DNA of 64,000 nt from Octopus sinensis (taxonomy: Eukaryota). A program made the translations under genes and the position numbers. This document shows positions 23,991 to 35,272 of this stretch, one piece after another. The notes under the pieces are model-generated. The model saw only the letters and a list, made by a program, of their open reading frames with translations. It was not told the DNA's origin and searched no databases. The stretch lies in NCBI RefSeq assembly GCF_006345805.1, contig NC_042998.1:26474001-26538000 (forward strand). Reading direction: 5' to 3'. Position 1 is the stretch's first letter. Each line of letters starts with the position of its first letter.

Positions 23991-25770
23991 TTAACCCTTT
24001 CGTTACCAACCTGGCACCTGCTCTGAAGTACAAATGTCTTGTTTTCATAAGTTCTGAATTAAAATCTTCCAGTAAACCTTAGTCACAATTTATGTTCCTG
24101 ACACTAGCTTAATGGTAACTAAGTTATTTTACTAAATTCTTTTGTTATATTTAAAATTAATTGAAAGAAACACAGAGCATCTCAACAGAAGTATGGTAAC
24201 AAAAGGTTTAACAAATGATTAATCTAACCTTTTTAATACCAACCTGCCTGATACTGCCTCTGGCTCTTTAGTACAAATGTCTTGTTTTCATAAGTTCTGA
24301 ATTAAAATCTTCCAGTAAACCTTAGTCACAATTTATGTTCCTGACACTAGCTTAATGGTAACTAAGTTATTTTACTAAATTCTTTTGTTATATTTAAAAT
24401 TAATTGAAAGAAACACAGAGCATCTCAACAGAAGTATGGTAACAAAAGGTTTAACAAATGATTAATCTAACCTTTTTAATACCAACCTGCCTGATACTGC
24501 CTCTGGCTCTTTAGTACAAATGTCTTGTTTTCATAAGTTCTGAATTAAAATCTTCCAGTAAACCTTAGTCACAATTTATGTTCCTGACACTAGCTTAATG
24601 GTAACTAAGTTATTTTACTAAATTCTTTGTTATATTTAAAATTAATTGAAAGAAACACAGAGCATCTCAACAGAAGTATGGTAGCAAAATGGTTAAAGAG
24701 TGCACTGGGTGCTCTGTATGTAGCATTAGCACTGGTGCTTTGTATGTGGCACCAAGTAAATTACAAGACAAAAAGCCCTCAACTGGCAGCTAGAGAAGCA
24801 CAGAAGGAAGTGTCTTTATGCAGGTTGACAGATTAACACTTTAGCATTTATCTCTTTCGATACCAACCCGACCGAAACTGCCTCAGGCTCTGTAGTACAA
24901 AATGTCTTCACCAAACCTTAGTCACAATTTATGTTCTTAACACTAGCTGAATGATAACTAAGTAATTTTACTAAATTCTTTGTTATATATAAAATTAATT
25001 GAAAGAAACACAGAACATCTCAAAGGAAATATGGTAGCAAAAGGGCTAACAAATGATTAATTTAGCCCTTTTGATACCAACCTGGCTGAAACTGCCTCTG
25101 ACTCTGTAGTACAAATGTCTTATTTTCATAAGTCGTGAATTAAAATCTTCCACCAAACCTTAGTCACAATTTATGTTCTTAACACTAGCTGAATGATAAC
25201 TAAGTAATTTTACTAAATTCTTGTTATATATAAAATTAATTGAAAGAAACACAGAACATCTCAAAGGAAATATGGTAGCAAAAGGGCTAACAAATGATTA
25301 ATTTAGCCCTTTTGATACCAACCTGGCTGAAACTGCCTCTGACTCTGTAGTACAAATGTCTTATTTTCATAAGTCGTGAATTAAAATCTTCCACCAAACC
25401 TTAGTCACAATTTATGTTCTTAACACTAGCTGAATGATAACTAAGTAATTTTACTAAATTCTTTGTTATATTTAAAATTAATTGAAAGAAACACAGAACA
25501 TCTCAAAGGAAATATGGTAGCAAAAGGGCTAACAAATGATTAATTTAGCCCTTTTGATACCAACCTGGCTGAAACTGCCTCTGACTCTGTAGTACAAATG
25601 TCTTATTTTCATAAGTCGTGAATTAAAATCTTCCACCAAACCTTAGTCACAATTTATGTTCTTAACACTAGCTGAATGATAACTAAGTAATTTTACTAAA
25701 TTCTTTGTTATATTTAAAATTAATTGAAAGAAACACAGAGCATCTCAAAATAAATTCAGTATCGAAAGGG
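23991..25770 (+). repeat. Tandem array of seven piggyBac-type MITE units (period 241-243 bp): 3 units, a spacer of about 150 bp, then 4 units
   Basis: CAAATGTCTT recurs at 24031, 24274, 24517 and at 25112, 25353, 25595; TTAACCCTTT start, AAAGGG end. Confidence 0.93.
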
Positions 25771-26079
25771 TAGGATACAATCTATTTCCAGTTTTAAATT
25801 AGCAGTTCCTCTTGTGGTTTGTAAATTAAGAGAATTTAGCTGCATCAGTATGGAGAATGGATCTAAATACATTGGCAAAGTAGTGAAATAAATGCATGGT
25901 ACTGTTTTGTTAATGTGGGATATAGTTGATGACATGTAAACCCATCTAACTTTGAATTAGTTGTGGTAGTCTGCTGCACATTAATTTCTTTCAATACTTT
26001 CAGAACAACACTATCTCGTGTGTGTGTGTGTGTGTGATCATCGTCATCGTTTAACATCCACCTTCCATGCTGGCATGGG

Positions 26080-26112
<33 letters not shown>

Positions 26113-26189
26113 TTCACATATATATATATACACACACACACATTCATATATATATATATATATATACATACATGCATACATACACATAT

Positions 26190-26450
26190 ATATAATTATA
26201 TGCATGTATGTATGTATGTGTTTATGCCTGTGTGTTTGTGTGTATGTATGTATGCATGTATGTATGTATGTATGCATGTATGTATGTATGCATGTATGTA
26301 TGTATGTATGTATGTATGTATGCTTGCATGCATGTATGTATGTATGTATGTATGTATGTATGTATGTATGTATGTATGTATGTATGCATGCATGTATGTA
26401 TGTATGTATGTATGTATGTATGTATGCATGTATGTACTCCTATGTATGTA
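26190..26450. repeat. (TATG)n/(CATG) microsatellite
   Basis: Directly visible; the overlapping ORFs are artefacts. Confidence 0.95.
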
Positions 26451-26581
26451 TGCACTAGTTCGTTTTTAGTAGCTGTTAGCATTTTTTAAATTAACTTTTA
26501 ATACATTCCTGTGAAACTTCTTACTTTTGCTCAGCTGTTATAAAAAATAATTTTGCAGCAGTTGTTTTTGTACCTGTACAA

Positions 26582-26619
<38 letters not shown>

Positions 26620-26974
26620 TAGGAAAACAAAATTGCTTTGTCAGGGAGGAACGGTTCAGTACTCATGAGCTTTGGAGGTCTTGGAAATTGGTGAGAGACA
26701 GCAGGAAGCCATAAAGTATGGATTGCTGTAGTGAGAAGTAATCCATCAAGATTATGAGTTATTCTCTGGCCAGAGACCTGGTCTGAATGTTTACAATAGA
26801 ATTAATGGTGCCAAAGCATTCAAGAGCCAAGTGGTGGTGGTGTTAAACAGGGTGACTTATTAGGCCTACCACTTAAATCAAATTGCAGGCGTGTTGAGCA
26901 AGTGTCTTCTATGTTAGCTTCAGGCCAACCAAAGCCTTGTGGCTGGATTTGGCAGATGGAAACTAAAGGAAGCC

Positions 26975-27480
26975 TTATTTACAATGGGCAGATAGGTGTC
27001 CTCATCTTGTTTGTTGTTATCACAATGTTTTGGCTGAAGTATTCTCCAGCCTTCATCAGGCATAGGAGTGGCTATGTGGTAAGTAGCTTGCTTACCAACC
27101 ACATGGTTCCGGGTTCAGTCCCACTGCGTGACACCTTGGGCAAGTGTCTTCTACTATAGCCTCAGGCCAACCAAAGCCTTGTGAGTGGATTTGATAGATG
27201 GAAACTGAAAGAAGCCCGTCATATATATGTATATATATGTGTGTGTGTCTGTGTTTGTCCCCCCCAACATCGCTTGACAACCGATGCTGGTTTGTTTACG
27301 TCCCCGTAACTTAGCGGTTCGGCAAAAGAGACTGATAGAATAAGTACTAAGCTTACAAAGAATAAGTCCTGGGGTCGATTTGCTCGACTAAAGGCAGTGC
27401 TCCAGCATGGCCGCAGTCAAATGACTGAAACAAATAAAAGAGTAAAAGAGTAGGTGTTCTGGTAGAATTCAATACCCAAC
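26975..27480 (-). mobile_element. Hammerhead-family-1 element fragment interrupted by a SINE family A copy (27059-27451, +)
   Basis: Minus CTGATGAAGGCTG..CAGCCAAAACATTGTGAT at about 27020-27060; continuation GGTGT.. resumes after the SINE. Confidence 0.7.
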
Positions 27481-27684
27481 CCTTTATTTGACTTATAATC
27501 ATGAGAATGACCCATGCTTCATGCACAAACACTTTCAGTATTTACTTATATTTTAGATAACTAACAATTATCAAAGCATTAGATTTTAAAATTCAAATCT
27601 TATCATTAACTATTTATTGCAAATTATTAGATATATCACTTGTTCTCAGTCTAGGAATTTGCTAGCCATTAGTCAAATAAGGGG

Positions 27685-27800
27685 TTAGGTTCAAAATTCC
27701 ACCAGTACACCTGGTGAAGACTGGAGAGTACATCAGCCAAAACGTTGTGGTAACAACAAAGAAGGTGAGGATACCTACCCATCAATGGTAAATAATGTGT
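27685..27800 (+). mobile_element. Headless hammerhead-family-1 fragment (core mutated)
   Basis: TACAC-CTGGTGA-A-GACTG..CAGCC-AAAACGTT-GTGG. Confidence 0.7.
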
Positions 27801-27803
27801 TAA

Positions 27804-28034
27804 GGTGATGAGCTGGCAAAAACGTTAGCACGCCAGGCGAAATACTTAGCGGTATTTCGTCTGCCGCTATGTTCTGAGTTCAAATTCCGCCGAGGTCGAC
27901 TTTGCCTTTCATCCTTTCGGGGTCGATTAAATAAGTACCAGTTACGCACTGGGGTCAATATAATCGACTTAATCCGTTTGTCTGTCCTTGTTTGTCCTCT
28001 CTATGTTTAGCCCCTTGTTGGTAGTAAAGAAATA
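27804..28034 (+). mobile_element. SINE family B with 14-bp TSD
   Basis: TSD GGTAAATAATGTGT at 27787-27800 and 28035-28048. Confidence 0.9.
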
Positions 28035-28744
28035 GGTAAATAATGTGTGTAATTACTCATCTCAAAAGTATAGAATAGTATTAAAGGAAACCTGTCACAC
28101 ATGTGTTTGTGTGTGTCTTCGTTTGTTCCCCACTTACCATTTGACAACCAGTGTGGTTTTGTTTACATGTCCATATCTTAGAGGTTTCACTGATAGAATA
28201 AGTACCAAATATTTTATTTTTAAGTACCAGGGGTGATTTGTTTGACAAAAAACTCTTCAAAGTGGTGTTCCAGCATGGCTGCAGTCTAATGATTGAAACA
28301 AGTAAAAAAATAAAAGATTACCTTGATGTCAATCAAAAAAGAAATCAAGCAATTATTTATGTCATTATAATCCAAATAACAACACACACTTCAATACACA
28401 AACACCTTCAGTATATATTTATATTTTAGATAACTAACAGTTATCAAAGCATTAGATTTTAAAATCCTAATCTTATTATTAACCATTTATTGCAAATTAT
28501 TAGATATATTACTTGTTCTCAGTCTAGGAATATTGATTTCTAACTTAATTACAAGGTCTCAAATTTATTAGTAACTATATAGTCAATTATATCGACTCTA
28601 GTACATAACCAGTAGACCAATAGTTTATTTTATTGACTATGAAAGAATAAAAGCCACAGGTGACCTTCAAAAGGATTTTAACTTATTTTAAATATTGAAA
28701 AAAAAATGTCTTCTCTATAGAGAAAATATTTCCTATAAAACTTT

Positions 28745-29365
28745 CCTGTTTTGGAAGTAAAGTACATAAATGTAGGTGAAGATATTCCACTATAAATGTT
28801 TTGCAAGCAACGTGCACATGCAAGTGCTACCAGTTGAGAACTCTGCATACCAGAAGCCAGCAAGTGTATGGGGTCATCAGGAGAGAATGGGTGCCGTTTC
28901 GGTGCCTACCTCTCGATGGCATCAATGCACCCACCCCACTGATATGAAGCCCCACTTGCTAGATCAACTGGTTATTAAATATGGCTCAATATTCTTCTAG
29001 CCATCGCTCATTGTCCCTTTTTAACCAAATCCAGTGGCTAGCCTTTTCCACTGTGGTTTGAATAACGGTCATGGTGGTATTTACCTTACGATGAGTTAGG
29101 CCTAACAATAACGACAGTCGCCTCACACTGTGTCCAACAAGCCCCCTACATCTGAATTCTATTGGAAAATGCTCCACTTTCCAGCCTGCATCTTCACATT
29201 CCTCAAAGAGGTCTACATAATGGTCAATCTTTCGAGCCCGAGCAGCATCCATGTTATCTTCACGAGGAACCATTAACTCAACTAGATTCACAAGTTTCTT
29301 TCCTTCACACCACATTAAAATATCCAGTTTTATCGTGACTAGGATGGGAAAGAGTTATTATGACA
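28745..29365 (-). pseudogene. 3' fragment of an R2-superfamily non-LTR element (HERO-like): restriction-like endonuclease and 3'UTR
   Basis: KLDILMWCEGKKLVNLVELMVPREDNMDAARARKIDHY...FPIEFRCRGLVG...VEKASHWIWLKR matches the PD-(D/E)xK REL tail of HERO-type elements. Confidence 0.8.
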
Positions 29366-29624
29366 TATAACAAAATCTTCATATCAAACAACAAAAGAAA
29401 AAGCTGCAACCATCTTGTTATAAATGCCTACAAAATTTCATGGCTTCAACTATGTACTAGCTTCCTTTTTTGGTGTTTACATTGTAATTTGTAGTTAGTG
29501 ATATGATTCTATCAGACATCTAAATGGATTGAGATTTGACCTTCATCATCAGCCTTATAAAGCAAAAAGAGTATAAACTCCAGGATGTTGTCTTGGCCAT
29601 GAGGTTAAGTAATTTATTTATGAG

Positions 29625-29945
29625 GGCACGTGGCTAACTGCTTAGGGTAATTGGCTTATGATTGTAAGGTCATGAGTTCAATTCCTGGTGATGCATTGTG
29701 TCATTGAACAAGACACTTTATTTCATGTTGCTCTAGTCCACTCAACTGGCAAAAATGGGTTGTACCTGTATTTTAAAAGGGCCAGCTTTATCACATTCTG
29801 TGTAACAATGAATCTCCCTGAGAACCACATTGAGGGTAGACGTGTCTGTGGAATGCTCAGCCACTTGCATGTTAATTTCATGAACAGGCTGTTCCACTGA
29901 TCGGATCAACTGGAACCCTCAACGATGTAACCAACAGAGTGCCTA
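29625..29945 (+). mobile_element. SINE family D, full length
   Basis: Head GGCACGTGGCTAACTGCTTAGGG, tail GATCAACTGGAACCCTC..GTAACCAACAGAGTGCC. Confidence 0.85.
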
Positions 29946-30198
29946 AGTAAGTAATTAATTTATTCCAGTTTCGTGAGTTGTCAAAGTCAACTTTGCTTTT
30001 TTTTTCTTCCAAGGTCATTAAATAAAGTACCAATCTGAAGCAATGGACAGGTAGAAACAAGCATTTAGATCAAGTCTCCTGTCTGAAATTAACACTGCAT
30101 AATGGTTCTTTCCTTCCTTTTCTCTGTTAGTCTTAGAAATCCAGAAAAACATCATGAGCACTTGTCCTTCCTCTTAAAAAAAGATAACATTTTCTATC

Positions 30199-30678
30199 TT
30201 AATCATTTGTTAACCCTTTTGTTACTGTATTTATTTTGAGGTGCTCTGTGTTTCTTTCATTTATTTTAAATATAACAAAGAATTTAGTAAATAAACTTAG
30301 TTATCATTAAGCTAGTGTTAGGAACATAAATTGTGACTAAGGTTTGGTGGAAGATTTTAATTCAAAACTTATGGAAACAAGACATTTGTACTATAGAGCC
30401 AGAAGTGGTTTCAGCCAGGATGGTATCAAAAGGGTTAAATTAATCATTTCTTAACCCTTTCTATACCATATTTCTGTTGAGATGTTCTGTGTTTCTTTCA
30501 ATTAATTTAAATATAACAAAGAATTTAGTAAAATAACTTAGTTGTCATTAAGCTAGTGTTAGGAACATAAATTGTAACTAAGGTTTGGTGGAAAATTTTA
30601 ATTCAGAACTTATGGAAACAAGACATTTGTACTCAGATCCAGAACCAGTTTCTGCCAGGTTGGTAACGAAAGGGTTAA
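30199..30678 (-). mobile_element. piggyBac-type MITE dimer with the conserved linker
   Basis: Two units joined by GGGTTAAATTAATCATTTCTTAACCC; outer end TTAATCATTTGTTAACCC. Confidence 0.88.
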
Positions 30679-30823
30679 TATGCAAATCAATACATCTCTT
30701 TTAAGGAAACCATTTAATGAAAGAAACAACCAAAAACCTTATTCTTAAGCCCCCAAATTTTCTTTTCCTTGAAAATGTTTAACATTTTATATGAACTATA
30801 TAAACAATGATCTGATCTTTTCA

Positions 30824-31115
30824 GGCATAGGAATGGCTGTTTGGAATGTAGCTTGCTTAACACCCACATGGTTCTGGGTTCAGTCCCACTGCATAGCACC
30901 TTGGGCAAGTGTCTTCTACTATAGCCTCAGGCCAACCAAAGCCTTGTGACTGGATTTGTTAGACAGAAACTGAAAGTAGCCCATTGTATATATATATATA
31001 TATATATATATGCATGTATATGTTTGTATGTCTGTATTTGACCCCCAACCCTCACTTGACAACCAATGTTGGTGTGTTTACATCTCCATAACTTAGGGGT
31101 TTGGCAAAAGAGATC
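30824..31115 (+). mobile_element. SINE family A (3'-truncated)
   Basis: Consensus head and body. Confidence 0.85.
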
Positions 31116-31204
31116 GATTCAAAATAAACTCTACAGGCACGGATGTGTTGTGAGATGGGCTTGTCTGAGTTGTGTGCAGAGTGACAAAACTATTCTGCAC
31201 ATTA

Positions 31205-31490
31205 TTTACATTATTTACAATTGACGGATATTTGCCCTCATCTTGTTTGTTATTAACACAACGTTTCAGCTGATATACCCTCCAGCCTTTATCAGGTGTC
31301 TTAGGGAAATTTCAAACCTGGGTTCTCATTCCTAAGGTATTTTTCGATGTTGTTGTTGTTATTATTATTATCATTATTATTATTATTCAGGTCACTGCTT
31401 GGAATCGAACTCGGAATCTTGGGGTTAGTAGCCTATGCTCTTAACCACTATGCCATATGCCTGTGGGCATATGGCGTAGTGGTTAAGAAT
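31205..31490 (-). mobile_element. Second tRNA-headed hammerhead element with palindromic head
   Basis: Minus GACAC-CTGATAA-A-GGCTG..CAGCT-GAAACGTT-GTGTT (31255-31300); head hairpin centred on GCC-TGTG-GGC (31459-31468). Confidence 0.8.
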
Positions 31491-32130
31491 CCAAGCATTG
31501 CTGATTTGTGGGGTTATGTTGAACAGCTGTTGTCATGTGTGGGATGGATCTGTCTGTTGGCCAAGTCTGCAGTGATGATCGCCCCACTGCCCTCCTTCAA
31601 TTGGGCAGGCAAGTCAGTTTTCCTTTGCCTGGTAGCTAATGTGAAAGAAGTTGTTTGGTGGACAAGGCTGAAAGACATGAAGACGGATACATTCATCCTT
31701 GGTAGAGCTCTCATTGGCTTCTTCAAGTTTCACATGAGAAGGAAATTGAGAGTGGAGATGGAAGTGCTGTCCTTGAATAAGTTTATTGAAAGGTGGGTGA
31801 AAGTTGTGAAAATGGCAAAAGTGGATGGTACCTCTCTAAATGTAGACCTGTGAGTCGGAGAGAAGGAACTGGAGAGAGCACTTGCTCCTGGGGTTTCAGG
31901 GAAATCTCAGACAGTGAGGTTCTTCGATTATCCCTAGAGGCCTTCCTGTATTAGGAGGGTCACATCTCTATCATCCTCCCCACCACTTATATTTTTTGAA
32001 ACCTTTGTATGCTATGAATATGTCCCTTCTTTTTTAGTGTATACCATGTTTACTTACTTTTTTTTTTTATCATTTCATTATTTATAAACCCCAACACTTT
32101 ATGTCTGTTTCTGTGTTGTCCCCTTCATCC
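31490..32130 (+). pseudogene. 3' fragment of an L1/Tx1-like LINE (ORF2 C-terminus and 3'UTR)
   Basis: FLCLVANVKEVVWWTRLK...LIGFFKFHMRRKLRVEME..FIERW resembles Tx1-type ORF2 C-termini; second copy at 39650-39830. Confidence 0.6.
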
Positions 32131-32174
32131 TTCACCCTTGTGGCAAATAAACGAAATCATCATTATTATTATTT

Positions 32175-32495
32175 TGCTTTGGCTCAAGTTCGGTCTTATT
32201 CCTGATGGAATTTATGTAACCTTAGGTATCCACACATTTTTGGTAATCTTTCAAGTGCTTAGAACCCTCCTGATAATCCTTGCTGTCCCTAAGAGGCAAA
32301 CTTTCTGTAGGAGCTCTACCAGGCATTCTATTTCAATTTCCTTCAACCATTTGTCTATATCTTTGCTTACTGTTCCCAAAGCACCAATTATTATAGGCAC
32401 AACCTTTACTGTTCACATGCTCCAAATTCTTCCTGTTTCAAACTTTAAAGGATTGTATTTTCTTTGTTTTTGTTCCTCTTTTTTTACAATCCTAG
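32175..32495 (-). pseudogene. Dong/R4-clade REL endonuclease 3' fragment
   Basis: Minus frame SRIVKKEEQKQRKYNPLK..VKVVPIIIGALGTVSKDIDKWL..LQKVCLLGTARIIRRVL, adjacent to (TAA)n. Confidence 0.85.
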
Positions 32496-32502
32496 AATAT
32501 CA

Positions 32503-32553
<51 letters not shown>

Positions 32554-32845
32554 GCGCCGCCTGACTGGCGTCCGTGTCGGTGACACGTAAAAGCACCAAC
32601 CGATCGTGGCCGTTTGCCAGCATCCTCTGGCCCCTGTGCCGGTGGCACATAAAAAACACCCATTACACTCATGGAGTAGTTGGCGTTAGGAAGGGCATCC
32701 AGCTGTAGAAACACTGCCAAATCAGACTAGAGCCTGGTGCAGCCTCCATGGCTTACCAGACCCCAGTCGAACCGTCCAACCCATGCTAGCATGGAAAACG
32801 GACGTTAAATGATGATGATGATGATTATCATCATCATCATCATCA

Positions 32846-32876
<31 letters not shown>

Positions 32877-32899
32877 CATTATTATTATTATTATTATTA

Positions 32900-32934
<35 letters not shown>

Positions 32935-33226
32935 GCGCCGCCTGACTGGCGTCCGTGTCGGTGACACGTAAAAGCACCAACCGATCGTGGCCGTTTGCCA
33001 GCATCCTCTGGCCCCTGTGCCGGTGGCACATAAAAAACACCCATTACACTCATGGAGTAGTTGGCGTTAGGAAGGGCATCCAGCTGTAGAAACACTGCCA
33101 AATCAGACTAGAGCCTGGTGCAGCCTCCATGGCTTACCAGACCCCAGTCGAACCGTCCAACCCATGCTAGCATGGAAAACGGACGTTAAATGATGATGAT
33201 GATGATTATCATCATCATCATCATCA

Positions 33227-33250
<24 letters not shown>
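32554..33250 (+). repeat. Apparently identical tandem duplication (period about 381 bp) of an RTE 3' tail bounded by (ATT)n
   Basis: GCGCCGCCTGACTGG.. starts at 32554 and 32935; no differences seen in the non-microsatellite part. Confidence 0.9.
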
Positions 33251-33310
<60 letters not shown>

Positions 33311-33588
33311 TTGCTTTGTATTTGTACAAGTTGACTCCAAGTCTCATTCAGAGACCTCAAGAGACAACAAGCTTCAAGTTCAAGTTGGTGTTATGACTAG
33401 AGTGCCATATTTTTGGTTTTCACAGAGTATTGTTCTAGAAAATGTCTGTCAAAACATAAGAAAATTAGAAGTTTGTTTTAAAAGTAATTTGATTATAAGA
33501 TGATAGTGTGATCTTAAGGTCATGGTAAAAGATGGTTATTATTATTGTTATTGTTATTATTATTATTATTATTATTAATAATAATAAC

Positions 33589-33637
<49 letters not shown>

Positions 33638-33639
33638 GT

Positions 33640-34205
33640 TATAATAAATGCCCTGATGCAGTACCAGGCAGTAGCTTTCATTGCTTTCCATCATAATTGA
33701 TTGGAAGTGTTATCATTTACATTGTTTTGTCTTGGTATAACAGATGGGCTACAGCAAATATTCTGCTCAATACCACAGACTTGCTTGTCAGTTGTTTGAC
33801 CTTAACCAGTGGAGCATGTCACTTAGTGGCTGACGATATGTGCATCTCTGATCACAAGCAGAAGTAGTGGGGGAGCATCATAGCCAATGTGCCGAGAGGA
33901 ATTCTTTGGGGTTTGAATAATTCCCCTCTGGAAACATGGGTGTTTTGTTCATCATCCTTATACAAACCTTATTCAGGGACCTTTTGAGCGGAATGGGATA
34001 CTCAACCTGAAGAAAATTCTAACTGGGTCCCACCTGCAAGGTCATGTGCTGTTTATCTTGATATGAGATCACCATGTTGCGCACATATGGTTGTGATGCA
34101 TGTGCCTGGTGTACCCTTATCAGACAGGTAGTCATGGTGGGTATGCTGGGTTTTGTATATTTTGCCCCAGTGTCACTTTGATGGCATGCACTGCTCTCTC
34201 ACTCA
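33640..34205. mobile_element. Unclassified interspersed repeat between (AAT)n tracts
   Basis: GC-richer block sharply bounded by TAA microsatellites; no ORF recognised. Confidence 0.4.
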
Positions 34206-34221
34206 AGAATAATAATAATAG

Positions 34222-34552
34222 GTGACAACAGGATCAATATGAAAGAAGAAGAAAAAATAAACAACCATGACGGTTTGAAGTGAGAAATATGAAGGTCGTG
34301 ATCAATGAAGAGAGTAGATGTGATACTCATAGTAATTGGTGCACTTGGAAATATTAGCACTCAATTACAAACATGGCTGAAAAAGAAGTGGGGAGGTGAA
34401 CACCTTCAAAAATCAGCATTGCTTGGAACTGCAAGAATTCTTTGCAGGGTTCTTGAAGCATGACCAGTAAACAAGTGTCACCTCAGTCTGTTGGCTGTGG
34501 ACAGCTGACATTTTCCATCATACCCAGCAAAATAAGCTGTGAGTTTTCATAT

Positions 34553-34555
<3 letters not shown>
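34222..34555 (+). pseudogene. Dong/R4-clade REL 3' fragment
   Basis: GDNRINMKEEEKIN..VDVILIVIGALGNI..LQKSALLGTARILCRVLEA*, followed by a short UTR and (TAA)n. Confidence 0.85.
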
Positions 34556-34586
<31 letters not shown>

Positions 34587-34599
34587 TAATAATAATGAA

Positions 34600-34800
34600 A
34601 TTGAGAAAATGTGGCATCTCAAGGCGGTTACAATACCAGTGATCGTAGGAGCACTAGGAATGATCAACAAGGGAACCGAAAATTATATATAGAATGATCC
34701 CTGGCTTGCAAGAAGTGCAAAAGATTGTCTTAACTGGTACATCACACGTATTGAGAAGAGCAATGTCGATGTGAGAACTATTACTACCCATGTATTTTAA
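34600..34800 (+). pseudogene. Dong/R4-clade REL 3' fragment (different subfamily)
   Basis: KMWHLKAVTIPVIVGALGMINKG..LQEVQKIVLTGTSHVLRRAM. Confidence 0.8.
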
Positions 34801-34950
34801 TTTAACTTTATTTCTATCAAAAAAAAAAAGAACGAACTAGTGAGTTTAGTTTAATGGCCTACCAATGTATACTATGAGTTTCTTTGCCCTAGGAGTTGGG
34901 AAGACACTCGGCAAGAAATGAAAGCAAATTTGAAAGAAGAAGAAAAAATG

Positions 34951-34982
<32 letters not shown>

Positions 34983-34994
34983 TAATAATAATTG

Positions 34995-35272
34995 TTTGTT
35001 CCTTCTCTAGCCATGCCTGGCTCATAAGAGCTGGTTTCTTTGGCATATAGGTTCCCCACCTGGACGGGACGCCGGTCTGTCGCAGGTGAGCTGCAAGATG
35101 CAGGAGGAAAGAGTGAGAGAAAGTTGTGGTGAAAGAGTCAGCAGAAGTTTGCCATTACCTTCTGCCGGAGCTGCATGGAGCTAAGGTGTTTCACTCATAA
35201 ACACACATATTGCCTGGTCTGAGATTCAAACCTGTGAGTCCGCTGCTCTAACCACTAGGCCATGTGCCTCCA
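34995..35272 (-). mobile_element. SINE family C variant
   Basis: Head GTGGAGGCACATGGCCTAGTGGTTAGAGCAGCGGACTC on the minus strand. Confidence 0.8.

Noticed and set aside
23991-25770. Possible CRISPR-like or prophage-type array
   Set aside because: Contiguous units of about 242 bp without unique spacers, eukaryotic context, piggyBac-type ends.
28861-28920. GAAAC followed by CTGATGA in the HERO-like 3'UTR (type II hammerhead order)
   Set aside because: No stem II or stem III pairing and no NUH triplet in register.
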